64,000 nt of DNA from Octopus sinensis (GCF_006345805.1 NW_021833416.1:29406-93405), one strand, 5' to 3'; positions 38,468 to 52,835 are shown, counted from the first letter of the stretch. The notes: generated by a model not told the origin, from the letters alone. Translations and numbers: made by a program.

Positions 38468-40654
38468 TTCGAGACAAAACCACTATTTTAAAACCAAACA
38501 AGGAAAGACTTAATCAATACATAAAATTTTAATATAAATTAAATAAAATAAATTAAATAAATAAAATAAATAAAATTCATATGTATGCTTATGTTTTGGA
38601 TGTATGTTTCGTTGACGATATATGTGTGTGTGCGTGTTACTCTGTGTGTGTGTGTGTGTGTCTGTGTCTGTGTCTGTGTCTGTGTCTTGTAAATCTTGTA
38701 ACCAGGGATCTTCGCGACAATCTGTAACGGTCAGGTTCTCTGAAAATGTACAGCGATGCGATGCGATGTGTAATGCAAAAGTGAAACAGTGTTTATTAGA
38801 AAGAGAAATGTAAATGTGAAAAACAACGTTACTTAAATATACACAGCGACATGAAAACAAATTTAATAGTTTGTCTGAATGGGTTTGCCATTACATAAAT
38901 ATATGTGCGAATGTCAATGCCTTTGCTGTGTCAACTTCCGGCGTAGTGCCAACCAGCAGTGCAACACATTCTGCCAAAATTAAAAAAAAGACATTGTTTA
39001 CAAAAGAAAAAGAAAATGGCTCGAATTCTTATTTCTCAAGGACGCCAAAATACAGAATGATCCATAGTTGTTTGTCCTGTATTGGCTGAAAATTGTGTCA
39101 TAATAAAGGCACGTGATATGCAGGGACGAAGGCAATCTGGAGTTCATTTTCGCCAGCGTGTTTGAGAAGGAAATGCAAGCTTGTATTCATTGGATAAAAC
39201 CAGTCATGTGATGTACAAGACTAAAGACATTGTTTGCACCACATTTATGAGTCAAAACTGAATATTTGAATTATCTCCTACACTGTAATTACTTCCAAGC
39301 TTCACAAATATCAATTTCCCTTCCTCCTTCAGCACTTTGCAGCTCCGCTATTCCCCCACGGCATCAGATTTGTGGCTTCATCATCATGTAAAATGTTCTT
39401 CTCGTTCTTCTTTTCTGTCTCCCTTCCTTTTCTCTTTTTCTTTCACAAACTCATCCTCTTCAGCTTCCTCCTGTTTCGCTTTCTTTATCTTCCACTTCTC
39501 CTCTTCTTCTGCTCCTCTTCCTTCCCGTCTCTTCTATTTCATAATTTTCTCATTATCGCCATCTTCCTCATCCGCCTCCCCTTCCTTTTAGCCTTTTCAT
39601 CATTACCCTCTTCCTCCTTAAACTCGTAATTATCTTTCGTTTCTTGCTTCTACCGTTTGGAATATCCTGGTTGATGATATACAGACGCATGGCGAGTGTG
39701 ATACATCTACAGAGATTCCTGTACGACGATAATGCTAAACAGAGGTGAATGCATCTCGTTCGGCTTGCATTTCTGCTTTCGTTTATTTAACTGAACTGGA
39801 ATCCTCGATCAAGCGTGGATGAGGTGCAACATTGGCATTGGATATATTACCAGCGCTCACAAAACTTTACCAGTTGGACCATGTTGAAACTCAAATTTTA
39901 CATTCTCTGCAGTGATGAATGCCTGACAGTCTGTTATGTCGCACGTTCGGATGCCTACTGACTTTCCTACACTCTACAACCATTGACGTCTAGGCTTCTC
40001 CCTCAATATCTACGTATTGGGCTAGCCTACTTCATCGTCTGGGGGCGTCCACACAACACAGTCATTCTTAGCGTCAACAAATACAGTCTGAAATATCTCT
40101 TCTGGACTTTCGAGTTGAGTATGATGAAGAATTTCCGAAATTTTTTCGCCTGAGCAGCGCCATGGTCGTCATCCTCATCAACGGAACTGCATCCTGAATG
40201 GGATTTCATTCCGTTTGTAGGGATATTTATTTACAGCTGAGTGAACTGGAGCCATGCAAGATCAAGGGTTTTGCTCAAGAACACAAGGTATCGCCCAGTC
40301 CTGGAAATCGAAACCAGCCAATCTTACAATCGTGAACGCAGCACCCTAACCATAAGGTCACAGGCCTCTGTAACGCTATAGCGTGAGCATTGCGCATTCG
40401 AGATAAATGCTACTCGTATGACTGTTTGCAGAGGCCAACAGTCGAAACTGTCCAGAATGCGTCAAACGGGACAAGACTGCTCGACACGTATTCGTTATTT
40501 GTCTTCAAACTGTTTGTTTGCGAGCGTTACGTCAAGCAAATTGTATAATATGAAGAAACACGGCTCTAATTCTATTTTGAGGAGAGCCAATAGTACTGTT
40601 AATTATAGCAGAAACTATGTAAGTTGTGTGATATGTAATAATTGAAGGATAATA

Positions 40655-41072
40655 AGGTGGCGAGCTGGCAGAAACGTTAGCACGCCGGGCGAAATGCTTA
40701 GCGGTATTTCGTCTGCCGCTACGTTCTGAGTTCAAATTCCGCCGAGGTCGACTTTGCCTTTCATCCTTTCGGGGCTCGATTAAATAAGTAGCAGTTACGC
40801 ACTGGGGTCGATGTAATCGACTTAATCCATTTGTCTGTCCTTGTTTGTCCCTCTGTGTTTAGTCCCTTGTGGGTAATAAAGAAATAGGTATTTCGTCTGC
40901 CGCTACGTTCTGAGTTCAAATTTCGCCGAGGTCGACTTTGCCTTCCATCCTTTCGGGGTCGATTAAATAAGTACCAGTTACGCACTGGGGTCGATATAAT
41001 CGACTTAATTCGTTTCTCTGTCCTTGTTTGTCCTCTCTGTGTTTAGCCCCTTGTGGGTAGTAAAAAAATATG
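40655..41072 (+). mobile_element. SINE-B multimer (full unit plus internally restarted unit)
   Basis: Junction AAAGAAATA|GGTATTTCGTCTGCC at about 40880; the two units are near-identical. Confidence 0.92.
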
Positions 41073-43024
41073 TAAAAATTGAAGGATATGATGGAGGATT
41101 TGGGAGATGAGACAGAGGAACGAGACAGACTTCAAAATGAAAGGGTTTCTACCTGGTCATGCGGTTTGCTAAAAATCGGAACCAAATGTCTCTCAAATTC
41201 CACCTTACTACACTTTTATAAAATCACCCCAATGGCTAATATAATAAACGTTGAAGGCGGTGAGCTTGCACGCCGGTCAAAATGCTTCACTGTATTTCCT
41301 CCGTCTTTACGATCCGTGTTCAAATTCCACCGAAGCCAACATAGCCTGTAATCATTTAGGGGTCGATAAAATAATTACCAACATCCGACTGGGGTCGCTG
41401 TGATCGACTTCCTCCTCCCAGGAAATTGCCGTCATGTTCAAACATTTGAAATCAATATAATGCGCGTTGCATTCTATCTAAATAAAAGGCTAGATGGTCA
41501 CGGATAAAACGTCTTTCATCATAATTCTGCTGGATCTGAGTTGACCTGGAGCTTAACAACAACAAAAATACGCATAAGGATATTCACTCATACATATAGC
41601 TATAATTACACATAGCTTTCACCAACAACACTGTTATATCCCAATACACAGTTATAACCACATAAAGCATTATCGTCATAAATATATCTAAAATGTTTCT
41701 GAGGAAGCTAAATATAATCGTGTTTGTCGATAAATGGAATCAAAGAAACCAAACTGCTTTATGTATAGACAGATAAGTGTATGTGAGTTCGTCTGTGTGA
41801 CTCTCTAACTGAACGTTTGAGTGAATGTATCTGTGTATTTCGTTCGCGTTGTGAGTGTGTGAGTGAGTGTGAAGAAAATGGCCTTTATCATATTACAAAT
41901 CGAGAATTCAATAACACTGGCAGATTGACAGAACTGTTTGAGAATTTTGCTATCATTTCGAAATGAGGTCCAATCTCTCGCCGTTTGTTAAATGGTAATA
42001 ACAGAGTTGGATGATAGATTTCAGATCTATGTCCGCTGGGTACTGTCAGAAAAATACCTGCTCCTCACTTACGTCTGCAGCAGTGAATTGTTAATGCCAA
42101 TGGGTCGAAAAACAAAAGATAAAGAGACAGAGATAGCCAGAGATCAAGAAAGAGACAAAAGTTTAAAGAGAAGAGAACATCAGGTAGGATATTAGCCAAT
42201 GAAATCAAATGGTTTACCGCTGACATGATTGCAAGTAACATAACACGTAAATGGCCCGTGAAGATTGTTTTCGATGTCGGTTCTGTTTCAACAATTAACA
42301 AGTTGGAAAAGTTACTCGACAAGAAAAACATGAATTGTATTTGCTTATGTTTTGTTTTTTGTTTTTGTGTTTTTGTTACTGTTTGTTTGTTTGTTTTACT
42401 ATCGGTTCTTAGACAGAACCAGTTAATTACACAAATGGATTGACTATTTATGCATACCGCTTACAAAGTATGCATACCATCTTTCCAAGGTTATTGCATT
42501 TACGCAAACGTACACATACCTGCTGATACATTTACTTAGGCATACACACACACAGATACACACACAAACACACACACACACACACACATACACACGCAGA
42601 TAATGAAGTTGTGTAGCATAGTCTCAGTTCATCTAAGCGAGATATTTAATCAGTGAGAGTGCACAACAGGTAATCGGTGCTATGAATTTACGTCTATGTG
42701 AATAAAACAAACGGGAAAAAGTTGTTTGCTCAAAATACACCAGGGGCAGAAAATATGTAATATATGCTGCAAGTAATCTGGCGTGACATCTGAATATTTC
42801 AGTGACCATTGATCCCGTCAACCGCTGTCCAACTAATAGATTTAGCTACACAATATATATACAGACATTGGAACCAAAAACAGACAAAATTAGGCAGTGA
42901 AGTAGTGAATATCTACAGTGGTTTTTTTTACGTCTTATTTTTTTAGAGAAACGAGTTTTTATAAAGACAGACAAGAACACGGATGTAGACCAGACATTAC
43001 AGGTGTGTATATATATAAATATAT

Positions 43025-43068
<44 letters not shown>

Positions 43069-43244
43069 TATAATATATATATATATAATGTCTTAGATTA
43101 TGCCTGTTTCGTCTGTGCGAACACGGGAGCTCGTAACAAACAGCAGTCTGGAATTTTCAATTCTAAAATGAAATATATTATTCGGGAAAGCGCTTGGTTG
43201 TATGCAAGGAGATATACGTACGTATACACACCACACACACACAC

Positions 43245-43305
<61 letters not shown>

Positions 43306-43811
43306 TCTATATATATATATAAATATATAATATATATATGTATATATTATACATAGACATACATATGCACGTGTATACATTTTTTTATTACCGGCGAAGG
43401 GCTGCGTCTGCGCAGTAGATTTTGAAAAAATTAGGATGTATAAACAAGAGGCCCGTAGTTTGATCGATTCGTGTTTATATATTTAACCCAAGGTGTACCT
43501 GTTGAGGACGATTTCACCTAGCGGGTAAATGTTATTTACTTGCTAAGCTAAAATCAGAAACCTACTGGTCCAGGAAACTAGATGGTAAAATGTATTTATT
43601 TTTTCATTTCGTTCCTATCGAGTTTTATCCCTAATTTTTGTGGTTATAGAACCTAGCTGTTCTTTCTAGCGTATTGAATTCCACGAGTGGATTCCTCATG
43701 TGTTTAAATGTACACTGTATCTTATGATTAATGCATAGCCTTTGGACTAAATTTTTATACGTTAGGCCACAGGAAATGTAAATTTTAATTATTTTCCGTT
43801 TCCCTTTGATA

Positions 43812-43855
<44 letters not shown>

Positions 43856-44546
43856 CATACACCACACAGCACGCACCACACACACACACATATACATACA
43901 TACGGCGGTCTTCTTTCAGCTTGCGTCAACTAAATCCACTCATAAAGCTTTCGTCGCCCCGAGGCTATAGATGAAAACACTTAGCAAGGTGCCACACTGT
44001 AATATTGAACCTCAAACCACGAGGTTTTGAAACAAACTTCCTACCACACAACCATGAAATACAAGGATATCAAAAGGATAACTCCAAATGATATTTCTTA
44101 GCCATGTCCACAAGGCTAACGCACTCTGATTATATTTGTAAAAACGAAATCACACGATAGATCAGTGACAGATATCTGATATTCTATATAAGTTTTCTTA
44201 CAGATATAAATAGCAAGGGATTCTCATTCATGTTATTGACGTTATAGGTAAATAAACATAGGTGCACCTGGATTTATGTAGGCTGCCAGGTCGATCGTGT
44301 AACACTTACGAGTAGCAGGTCGTACCGATAATACGTCATGTTTGTTAGTAGGGTTGCATGTGTTTATATGTGTATGTGTGTGTGTGTGAAAGTGTGTGAA
44401 AATGCATGTGTAGGTGTGTAGACGGTCAATAACCAACTTCGAAGCCATGCAGATGTATTTGTACACACAAACATTATGTGTCCGTGTGCTTGTGTGTGTG
44501 ACACTATAAAAACATACACAGGCATGCACTCACTCACGTGCATATT

Positions 44547-44590
<44 letters not shown>

Positions 44591-44806
44591 CTATATATAA
44601 TATATTTATATTATCTACCTACCTATATATATAGATAACATACATATATATTATATATATATATATGTGCGTGTGCATATATGTATTTATAAATATATAT
44701 ATATGTATATCTATTTATATAATGTATGTATATACATATACATAACATACATAATATATAATATATATGTATATAATATATATATATATATATATATACG
44801 TATTAA

Positions 44807-45220
44807 CTTGTCCGTAGCACTTTATGCCATGATAATCGAACATTGTTAAATGTAATCTATTTTAATTAAGCCAGCTGTGAAGGTTGACTCAGTTACGCCA
44901 AATCGATGTCGATATAAAAAACCAGGGTCATCAAGTACAGTTCGTGGCATGCTGTCATTTGTTGATGAAACTCAATAGCAATTGAAATTAGAATGATTCA
45001 GGCATTGCATAACCGTGTTTTTTTTAATTGTGTCACCATAGACAGAACTTGAGTATTCGAGTAGGAACTTACAAAATTTGAGAATGATTGGATTTGCCAA
45101 CAAAAACCTTAATATTATGATGGAACAGTAGTCATCTACAGTCACTATAAAATGGTAGATATAATGAATGACTCAACATAATGATCGATGCCGCTTTACT
45201 TTATGAAATTACTCGATATA
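44807..45220 (+). repeat. About 415-bp diverged direct repeat, copy 1 (copy 2 at 46712-47128)
   Basis: Colinear blocks CTTGTCCGTA..ATCGAACATTG..CAGGGTCATCAAG.ACAGTTCG..GTCATCTACAGTCA..CCGCTTTACTTTATGAAAT.ACTCGATATA in both copies. Confidence 0.9.
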
Positions 45221-45391
45221 TAAGTATATATATACATGTGAATACACACACACACACAAACAGACACACATGGCAGAAGTAAATAGATATACCATAAAAT
45301 ATCGTTTTGTTTATTTTAACTTGAAAAGGTATATATTTTTTATTGATGGTTTTTTTTTAATGTTTTAGGTTCTATATGTGAACGTTTAATC

Positions 45392-46030
45392 ATGCCATGT
45401 ACAAAAGAAGACTTGGAACTGTTCGAATTTCAAAGAAGTCGTATTGTGAATCAATCTGAAGGTGAACTAAGTCAGCGTAAAATCGCAGCAAACCTTGTGA
45501 TCCCTCTTTCTACTGTTAATAGAGAGTGATCGTGCAATTCACCAAGGAGATGAAGGAGTCATCATCACCTCGTTCAGGTCGATCAGGGCCCTCTGGCAGG
45601 ACCCTTCGCTTTGTTAAGAGAAGTGTAGAGGATAATCCTCGTTGCAAGGCCTCTGATACAGCAGAACAAGTTGATGTCAGTCCCAAAACAGCTGTCAGGT
45701 ATCGCCACAAATTTGGTTACTATGACAGAGCAGCAAGAAAGAAGCCACTTCTTCGACCATCCAGTATCAAGCGTAGAAACGATTGGGCCAGTGAGATGGT
45801 GGAGACACCACTAACATTTTAGACCATATTCTCTGATGAGTCCAGATGTCCTGTAATTTGTGACAGTGGTCGAGTGTTGACCTGGAGACTCTGTGATCAG
45901 GAATTTGATGTGAAAAGAGTGCAGCCAACAATGAAACACAGCGGCTATTCTGTGATGGTCTGGAGAGCAATTTGGAGCAATGGTCTATCAGAGCTGGTGG
46001 TGTATGAGGGAAATACAAACTCAGATATGC
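45392..46030 (+). pseudogene. Tc1-family transposase remnant (N-terminal two thirds)
   Basis: SQRKIA..LSTVNR..SPRSGR..AARKKPLL..IFSDESR..PTMKHSGYSVMVW; frameshift at about 45526 and stop at about 45820. Confidence 0.88.
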
Positions 46031-46034
46031 TGGA

Positions 46035-46370
46035 ATCCCTATGTCTGGCAACAGCAACCTGTACCATGCCACAAAAGCAGGAGAACCCAGTCATGGCTGT
46101 CAGATAATTTCTGCGACCACATCACCCCTAACATCTGGCCATCTAACTCCACCCCCTACCAGATTGCAACTCCTTTTATTTTTATATTGGGGCACAGTTG
46201 AGCAAGAGACCAACAAAACTCCTTGTGACATTTAAGATGAACTAAAGGCAAAGATTATAACAGTATTCAGTAACTGAAACAAGAAAACGTCTGAAGAGTT
46301 GCAGGAGGTTCCGATGTCGTCTGGAGGCCATGGTTGGAGCCGATGGCAATTTTATTGAAACAAGTAACTG
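46035..46370 (+). pseudogene. maT/DD37D-like transposase C-terminal remnant
   Basis: PYVWQQ..PCHKSRRTQSWLSDNFCDHITPNIWPSNS..PDCN..WGTVEQETNKTPC..DELKAKI..RRFRCRLEAMVGADGNFIE. Confidence 0.75.
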
Positions 46371-46471
46371 TTAACTATTTCACGATATTTTTATGTAACT
46401 TTGATAAATATATGTTAAAGTGAGATGTCTGTGTTATTTTCACTTTTGCGTAATTTGGGCTATAGTTCATA

Positions 46472-46575
<104 letters not shown>

Positions 46576-47882
46576 TAGAGAGAGAGAGAGAGAGATATAC
46601 ATATGTACGTATGTATGTATGTATATATATGTGTATATATATATATACATACATACATACATACATACATACATACATGTGTATATATGTGTGTGTATAT
46701 GTGTATACCGTCTTGTCCGTATCATTTTATGGCATGAAAATCGAACATTGCTAAATGTCAGTAATTTATTAATCAAAGCAGCTGTCAAAGTTGATTCACT
46801 TATGCAAATCGATATCGATATAAAAAAAAAGACAGGGTCATCAAGAACAGTTCGAGACGGGTTGTCAATTGTTGGTGGAACTCAATAGAAATTCAAGTTA
46901 GAAAATGATGCACTCATTGGATAACCGTCGTTTTTATTACTTTGTGTTACGTCAGACAGAATTTGAGGAATCCGGTAGAAAGGTTCAAAACATGAGAATG
47001 CTTGCATTTTCCAAAAACCTTAACATTATGGAACAGTTGTCATCTACAGTCAGTATAATATGGTAGATAAAATGAATGACTCCTAATAATGAATGACACC
47101 GCTTTACTTTATGAAATCACTCGATATATATATATATGTATGTATGTATATATATTATATATAGTATATATATATATATATGTATACACACACACAAACA
47201 CACACACTCAAATGCGCACACATGCACGCACACACTAGCATGCGCACATGCACATACACACACGCGCACACATGCACGCAAACACACGCACACACACACG
47301 CAAACACACACACAACACACACACACACACACACTTACATGTGTGTATGTCGTTCTGGCCCCACCTCATCCCGCCATCAACATTTTACAACTTGTGTTTG
47401 TTTCCTTACGTCCTCGTAACTTAGCTGTTCGACAACAGAAACCGATAGCATAAGGACCATAACTTACCAAAACATAACTACAGGCCTCACCTTGTTCGAC
47501 CAAGCATTTCAAGCGCTAACACATCATGGCGGCAATCAGAATACCGAAACGATACAATAGTGAAAGCTAGTAATACCGTCCCTAGTTATCTCCCTGTCGA
47601 AAACAACATAAAACCAATACCTCACACTCTAACCCACACGCATTGCCTTTCGTCTTCTCATTCTCACTCACTATTTCCTCTGTGAGATGCACTGAACGAC
47701 CTCGCAAACAACTCGTGCTTCTCTTCATATTCATTTCCGTTGTCTAATAAGATTTGTGCTACCTGTTGTCTTCCTATATCACATCGCATTAGCGAAATAG
47801 CAAATGAACACCGACTCAAGATTATAATAATAATGATTATCGATATGCATACATACATATATATATATATATATATGTGTGT

Positions 47883-47921
<39 letters not shown>

Positions 47922-48007
47922 TGTGTGGTGTGTGTGCGTGTATGTATGTATGTATGTATATAATATATATATATATATAATATATATATATATCTATATA
48001 TATATAT

Positions 48008-48420
48008 GCGCAGGTGTGGCTGTGTAGTGGGTTGGTTTGCTTAACAACCACATGGTTCCGAGTTCAGTCCCACCGCGTGAACCTTGGGAAGTGTCATCTA
48101 ATATAGCCTCGGACCGACCGAAGGCTTGTCCGTGAATTTTGGTAGGTGGAAACTGAAAGAAGTATGTCTTATATATCTGTGTGTGTGTTTGTATGTGCGT
48201 GTATGTATGTGTGTGTGAGTCTTTGTGTGTATGTTTATCCTCCACCAACGCATAACAATTGTTGTGGCTGTGCTTAGGGCCATTAACCGAGCGTTATGCA
48301 AAAGAAATCTAGAAAATAAGCAACAGGCTTTAGAGAATATGTACTGGGGTTTATTTGTTCGACTAAGATTCCCCGGATGCCCTGGAGTAGCTAATGATTG
48401 AAGCAAGCAAAAGATAAAAG
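48008..48420 (+). mobile_element. SINE family A (degenerate)
   Basis: Head GCGCAGGTGTGGCTGTG..GAGTTCAGTCCCACCGCG; degenerate tail. Confidence 0.8.
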
Positions 48421-49740
48421 TTGTGTGTCTGTGTGTGCTTCTTTATACATATGTATTATATATGTAAGTGCTTGAAGATATCATGCCCATGTTCTCACCT
48501 GAAGACGATATCACAATCTGTATTTTTGCTTACCCAGAGGCCTTTCTCACCACTTCGTACTTATGTCTCTGAGGCTTTGAATTTATATCAGCATCAAATA
48601 TGTCTTCTTCGGAGATTTATATAAACAAAATTCTCTCTGAATCCTGAGCGTGAAATGGGTTGACTTATGTCACAAACAATGATACATTGGCACAAATAAA
48701 AGCTAAAACATCAGCTTCTACGTTTGAAGGATGTGAAAAAGGATAACATAAATATGAATATATCAACTGATGCTGTGCTCTGGACTTGCAAAACGTCTTG
48801 GACATGCAGAATTCCGGACATGCAGAATTGATTTTAAGCAAAATCATCGTCGCTCCATCAACAGCTTGCCCTTAATTAATCAATGGCTAATCAACTATCT
48901 GGCAGAAGTAAGCTGAAGGCCGGAAACTGTATATTTGAACTTTATTTGATAACCAGTTGATCTAGCAAGCCTTTTATCAGTGAGGGGGTGGGGGACCGAT
49001 GCGCATTGATGCCGTCGAGAGGTAGGCCCCGAAACGGCGCGCATTCTCTCCTGATGACCCCATACACTTGCTGGTTTCCGGTATGTGGAGTTTTGACTGG
49101 TAGCACTTCCATGTGCAAGTTGTTTGCAAGACATCATACGATCATGAAGGAAATAGGTAGCAGCTCTGAATCACATTCGACATCAACAACTTAAGAAAAG
49201 ACCATTAAAAGCGAAAAGACCAGTAAAAATTAACAAATTCAGTAACAAAGAAAACAAAACTTTCATAGCTTCTGAACCAATTTTAACCAAAGATTCATTT
49301 CCAATATTGTAAGTTAATGTCATGGACATTGAAAAATCATAACAAAATCGATAAAGAAAGAAAAAAAACGAAAACCTTGAGAACATCCTCCCCAATAAGG
49401 AAACGCCGATGAAGGATTTACTTCCTTCAATTTACATGAAACTCTTAGAACTTCCAAAACATTTGGTCATGATTTATTTGCATACTTAATGATAAGAGTA
49501 AACAAGAATTTCCTACATTTAATTAGTATTTATATGTAATTAAGAGATGAAAACTACACACTTATTAAATACAAAAATATAAAAAGGGAAGATGCTTTCT
49601 AACTTCAGATAGTCGTCACCATGTCTTCAAAATAACCTGTTTTTGCTCAATTAAATATAGAACAGTAGTCACTACGTGTGTGTATGTATAATATAATATA
49701 CGAATATATACATATATACGCACACACACCCACACACACC

Positions 49741-49795
<55 letters not shown>

Positions 49796-49917
49796 GAAGA
49801 GGACAGCAAACACCAAGGCATTACAAGCATCTCAAGTCATATTATTATTCTTAAATGTATATGAAGTGAGATGCTTGCCTTGCCTTAGCGTTTGTAGTCC
49901 TCTTTCACAAATATAGC

Positions 49918-50310
49918 TTTCTACTCTAGGCACAAGGCCGGTAAGTTTTGGGGATTGGCCAGTCGATTATATCGACCCCAGTATGCAACTGGTACTTAAT
50001 TTATCGACCCCGAACGGATGAAAGGCAAAGTCGACCTCGGCGGAATTTGAACTTAGAACGTAAAGACAGACGAAATACCTATTTATTTACTACCCCCACA
50101 AGGGGCGAAAAAAACAGAGAAGACAAACAAGGACAGACAAACGCATTAAGTCAATTATATCGTCCCTAGTGCGTAACTGGTACTTATTTAATCGACCCCG
50201 AAAGGATAAAAGGCAAAGTCGACCTCGGCGGAATTCGAACTCAGAACGTATCCGCAGACGAAATACCGCTCAGCATTTCGCCCGGCGTGCTAGCGTTTCT
50301 GCCGGCTCAC
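49918..50310 (-). mobile_element. SINE-B multimer
   Basis: Two B units with the same internal-restart junction at about 50070. Confidence 0.88.
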
Positions 50311-50942
50311 AGTCTTTCCTCTTTCACAATTATATATACCCTGTATCGGAAACCTAAAATGGTTCCCTAGCTCCCGTCTCGGTTACGATCAGGGAGCCCT
50401 GATGACCCCGAGCACTTACGCAGCGTACCTATTCGTTTAGATTACCAGTGAACTAAACGCACATACTCTATATATATGTAAATATATTCACATTTATATG
50501 TGTGTATATACATACATAAATATATCCATATTCATGCGCATGTCTGCATATGTGCATGTTTGTATGCATGCATGTATGTTCCCATGCATGTATGAATGTG
50601 CGTGCACATGTATGAATGTATGTATTGGCCAATAAATTTAAGGAAGAAGCTTTCCCATTGAAAGAAAATAAAAGGATATCATCAGGGAAAAATATAATTT
50701 CGTAAGCATGAATTCAGAAATACATAGGCGCAGGAGCGACTGTGTGGTAAGGAGCTTGCTTACCAGCCACATGGTTCTGGGTTCAGTCACGCTGCATGGC
50801 ACCATGGGCAAGTGTCTTCTAATATAACCTCGGGATGACCAAACCTTTGTGAGTGGATGTGGTTGACGGAAGCCTGAAAGCAGCCTATCGTATATATATA
50901 TATATTTGTAAATGTAATATGTGACAATTATTCGGTAGCCAT

Positions 50943-51003
50943 GATTAAACTCCGAGTTTCGGATGCCGAGGTGGAAATCCACACCGCCATCTCTTCAGTA
51001 ATC
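50943..51003 (-). ncRNA. Type-I hammerhead ribozyme motif
   Basis: Minus strand: GATTA-CTGAAGA-GATG..CATC-C-GAA-ACTC-G-GAGT-T-TAATC; 5-bp stem I, near-palindromic 4-bp stem III, GUU triplet. Confidence 0.75.
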
Positions 51004-51274
51004 GGCCATCAGAAAAATACTATGAAAAATGACCGTTATACAAAAGGAAATTACTGTATGATTGACCGTTTTTAAGACAAAAGAGCTATTTGAATGACCG
51101 CTAAGTGAGGGAAGGGAGTAAAAGTAAGGGGGTAAAATAATCCATAGTACTCGCGTAAGCGCACACGTTCATACCTACGCATGCGCGCACGCATACACAC
51201 GTGCATGCGCCTGAAAGTATACACTCATCCACCCCCATTTGAAACGCACACATTCTCACCCGCACCATTCGCCA

Positions 51275-51326
<52 letters not shown>

Positions 51327-51473
51327 AACCTACACACACACACACACACACATACCATAAAGGTTCATACGCACGTCTATATACGCACATACCCGTATAC
51401 ATGCACACACACACACGCCTATATACACCCATACCCGCACATATACGCACATGTATGATATTATATATATATT

Positions 51474-51527
<54 letters not shown>

Positions 51528-52223
51528 GACGTGTGCGGATAATGAATTTGTACTCTACCAAATGTTTTGACAAATTCAATTTAATATAAAATTGTTTTTT
51601 TATCAACATGAAAACAAATATTTGAAAATATATATACTTATATGTGCATGTGTGTGTTTGTGTGTGTGTGTATGGATGTATTTTTGTATATATGTATGTC
51701 AATGTATATATATATGTGTGGCGGAGTGCATAAAAGAGAAGAGTAAAACTGATACAGTTAATTATTGATATCATCAGTAAATGATTGATCTCAGGTCGAT
51801 TTATCCGATTGGTTGCTTCATTCGATATTGTGTATAGGTGAATATATATATATAACCATATAAAGCAAAGATAAGAATGACAGAGCGAAAACAGAAATGA
51901 AGAAAATCAGAAGACGGTGCTAGACAAATAAATAAATTGATAATAGAGTAAATCGATAAGCTCATGGCGGTAATACTGAATCATAAGGAAGATCGAAACG
52001 AAAGGAATTTACCGCAATATTTAATGGAATATTCTTGAAAAATTCGAGAACTGATCATCGTTTGAGGTTAGTTTAACCTATTAGACATCATCAATGCACA
52101 CACAGAAATTAACACCCATACATAAATAATAAAAATCAATTTTACATTAAACTGAAGGATGACTCAGTATATTCGGTAGAGAGCAAATTTATTCTTCTTT
52201 AACAAGAATAGTACTGACAGTGA

Positions 52224-52260
52224 TTTTGACGTTTCGGCCAGTTAGTCCATCATCAGATTG
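52224..52260 (-). ncRNA. Degenerate minimal hammerhead motif
   Basis: CTGATGA-TGGACTAACTGGCC-GAAAC-GTC; stem I not retained. Confidence 0.5.
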
Positions 52261-52791
52261 TAAAGTTCATGTGGCTCTATATAATCTCTGTCTCTCTCTC
52301 TGTATATAATATATATATAATATATATATATATATCTTATATAATATATAATATATATATATATATATATTTATATGTATATATTATATATATATTATAT
52401 ATAATAAAATATTAGGGAATAAATCCAAACTTACAGGGGAAAATCAGATTTAGGACTGAATCCAATTTTATAGTAAAATATTAATATAAATTAATATAAA
52501 TTAATTAATTTTATGTATTGGCTTAAGTTTGTCATTGTTTGATTTGCCTAATAGTGGTTTTATCTCTAATTTGATATAATATATTATATATATAATAATA
52601 TATATATATGTATATATATATATATTATTCAAAGAAATTCCAATTCTGTCTGTTGTTATGTTATATTTATATTCTTTATAATATTAATGTAGAATATAGA
52701 ATATATAGTATAAATAATATATATATAGTAAAATGAAATGAAGTATTGATTGTCTTATTGAATAGATGAAATGTTCAATATAAAATATTAA

Positions 52792-52835
52792 GGGACTACT
52801 ATACTTTCATGCGTTATAGCACTCATCAAGGTCCC
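52792..52835 (-). ncRNA. Minimal hammerhead motif with point mutations
   Basis: GGGAC-cTTGATGA-GTGC-TATAAC-GCAT-GAAAg-TATA-GTA-GTCCC; 5-bp stem I; inferred ancestral stem III ACTATAGT. Confidence 0.65.

Noticed and set aside
38930-39200. ETS, CCAAT and E-box-like motifs
   Set aside because: Short motifs are expected by chance; no CpG island or adjacent gene evidence.
39650-40220. Possible RTE remnant or exon (ILREKPRRQW on minus; LSSAMVVILINGTAS on plus)
   Set aside because: Motifs are short and on conflicting strands; cannot be assigned without a search.
45832-45845. CTGATGAG inside the Tc1 remnant
   Set aside because: It encodes the FSDES catalytic motif; no hammerhead stems.
50370-50425. 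CTGATGA inside a GC-rich hairpin (TCAGGG-AG-CCCTGA)
   Set aside because: No GAAA/NUH partner in a workable order; not called as a hammerhead.
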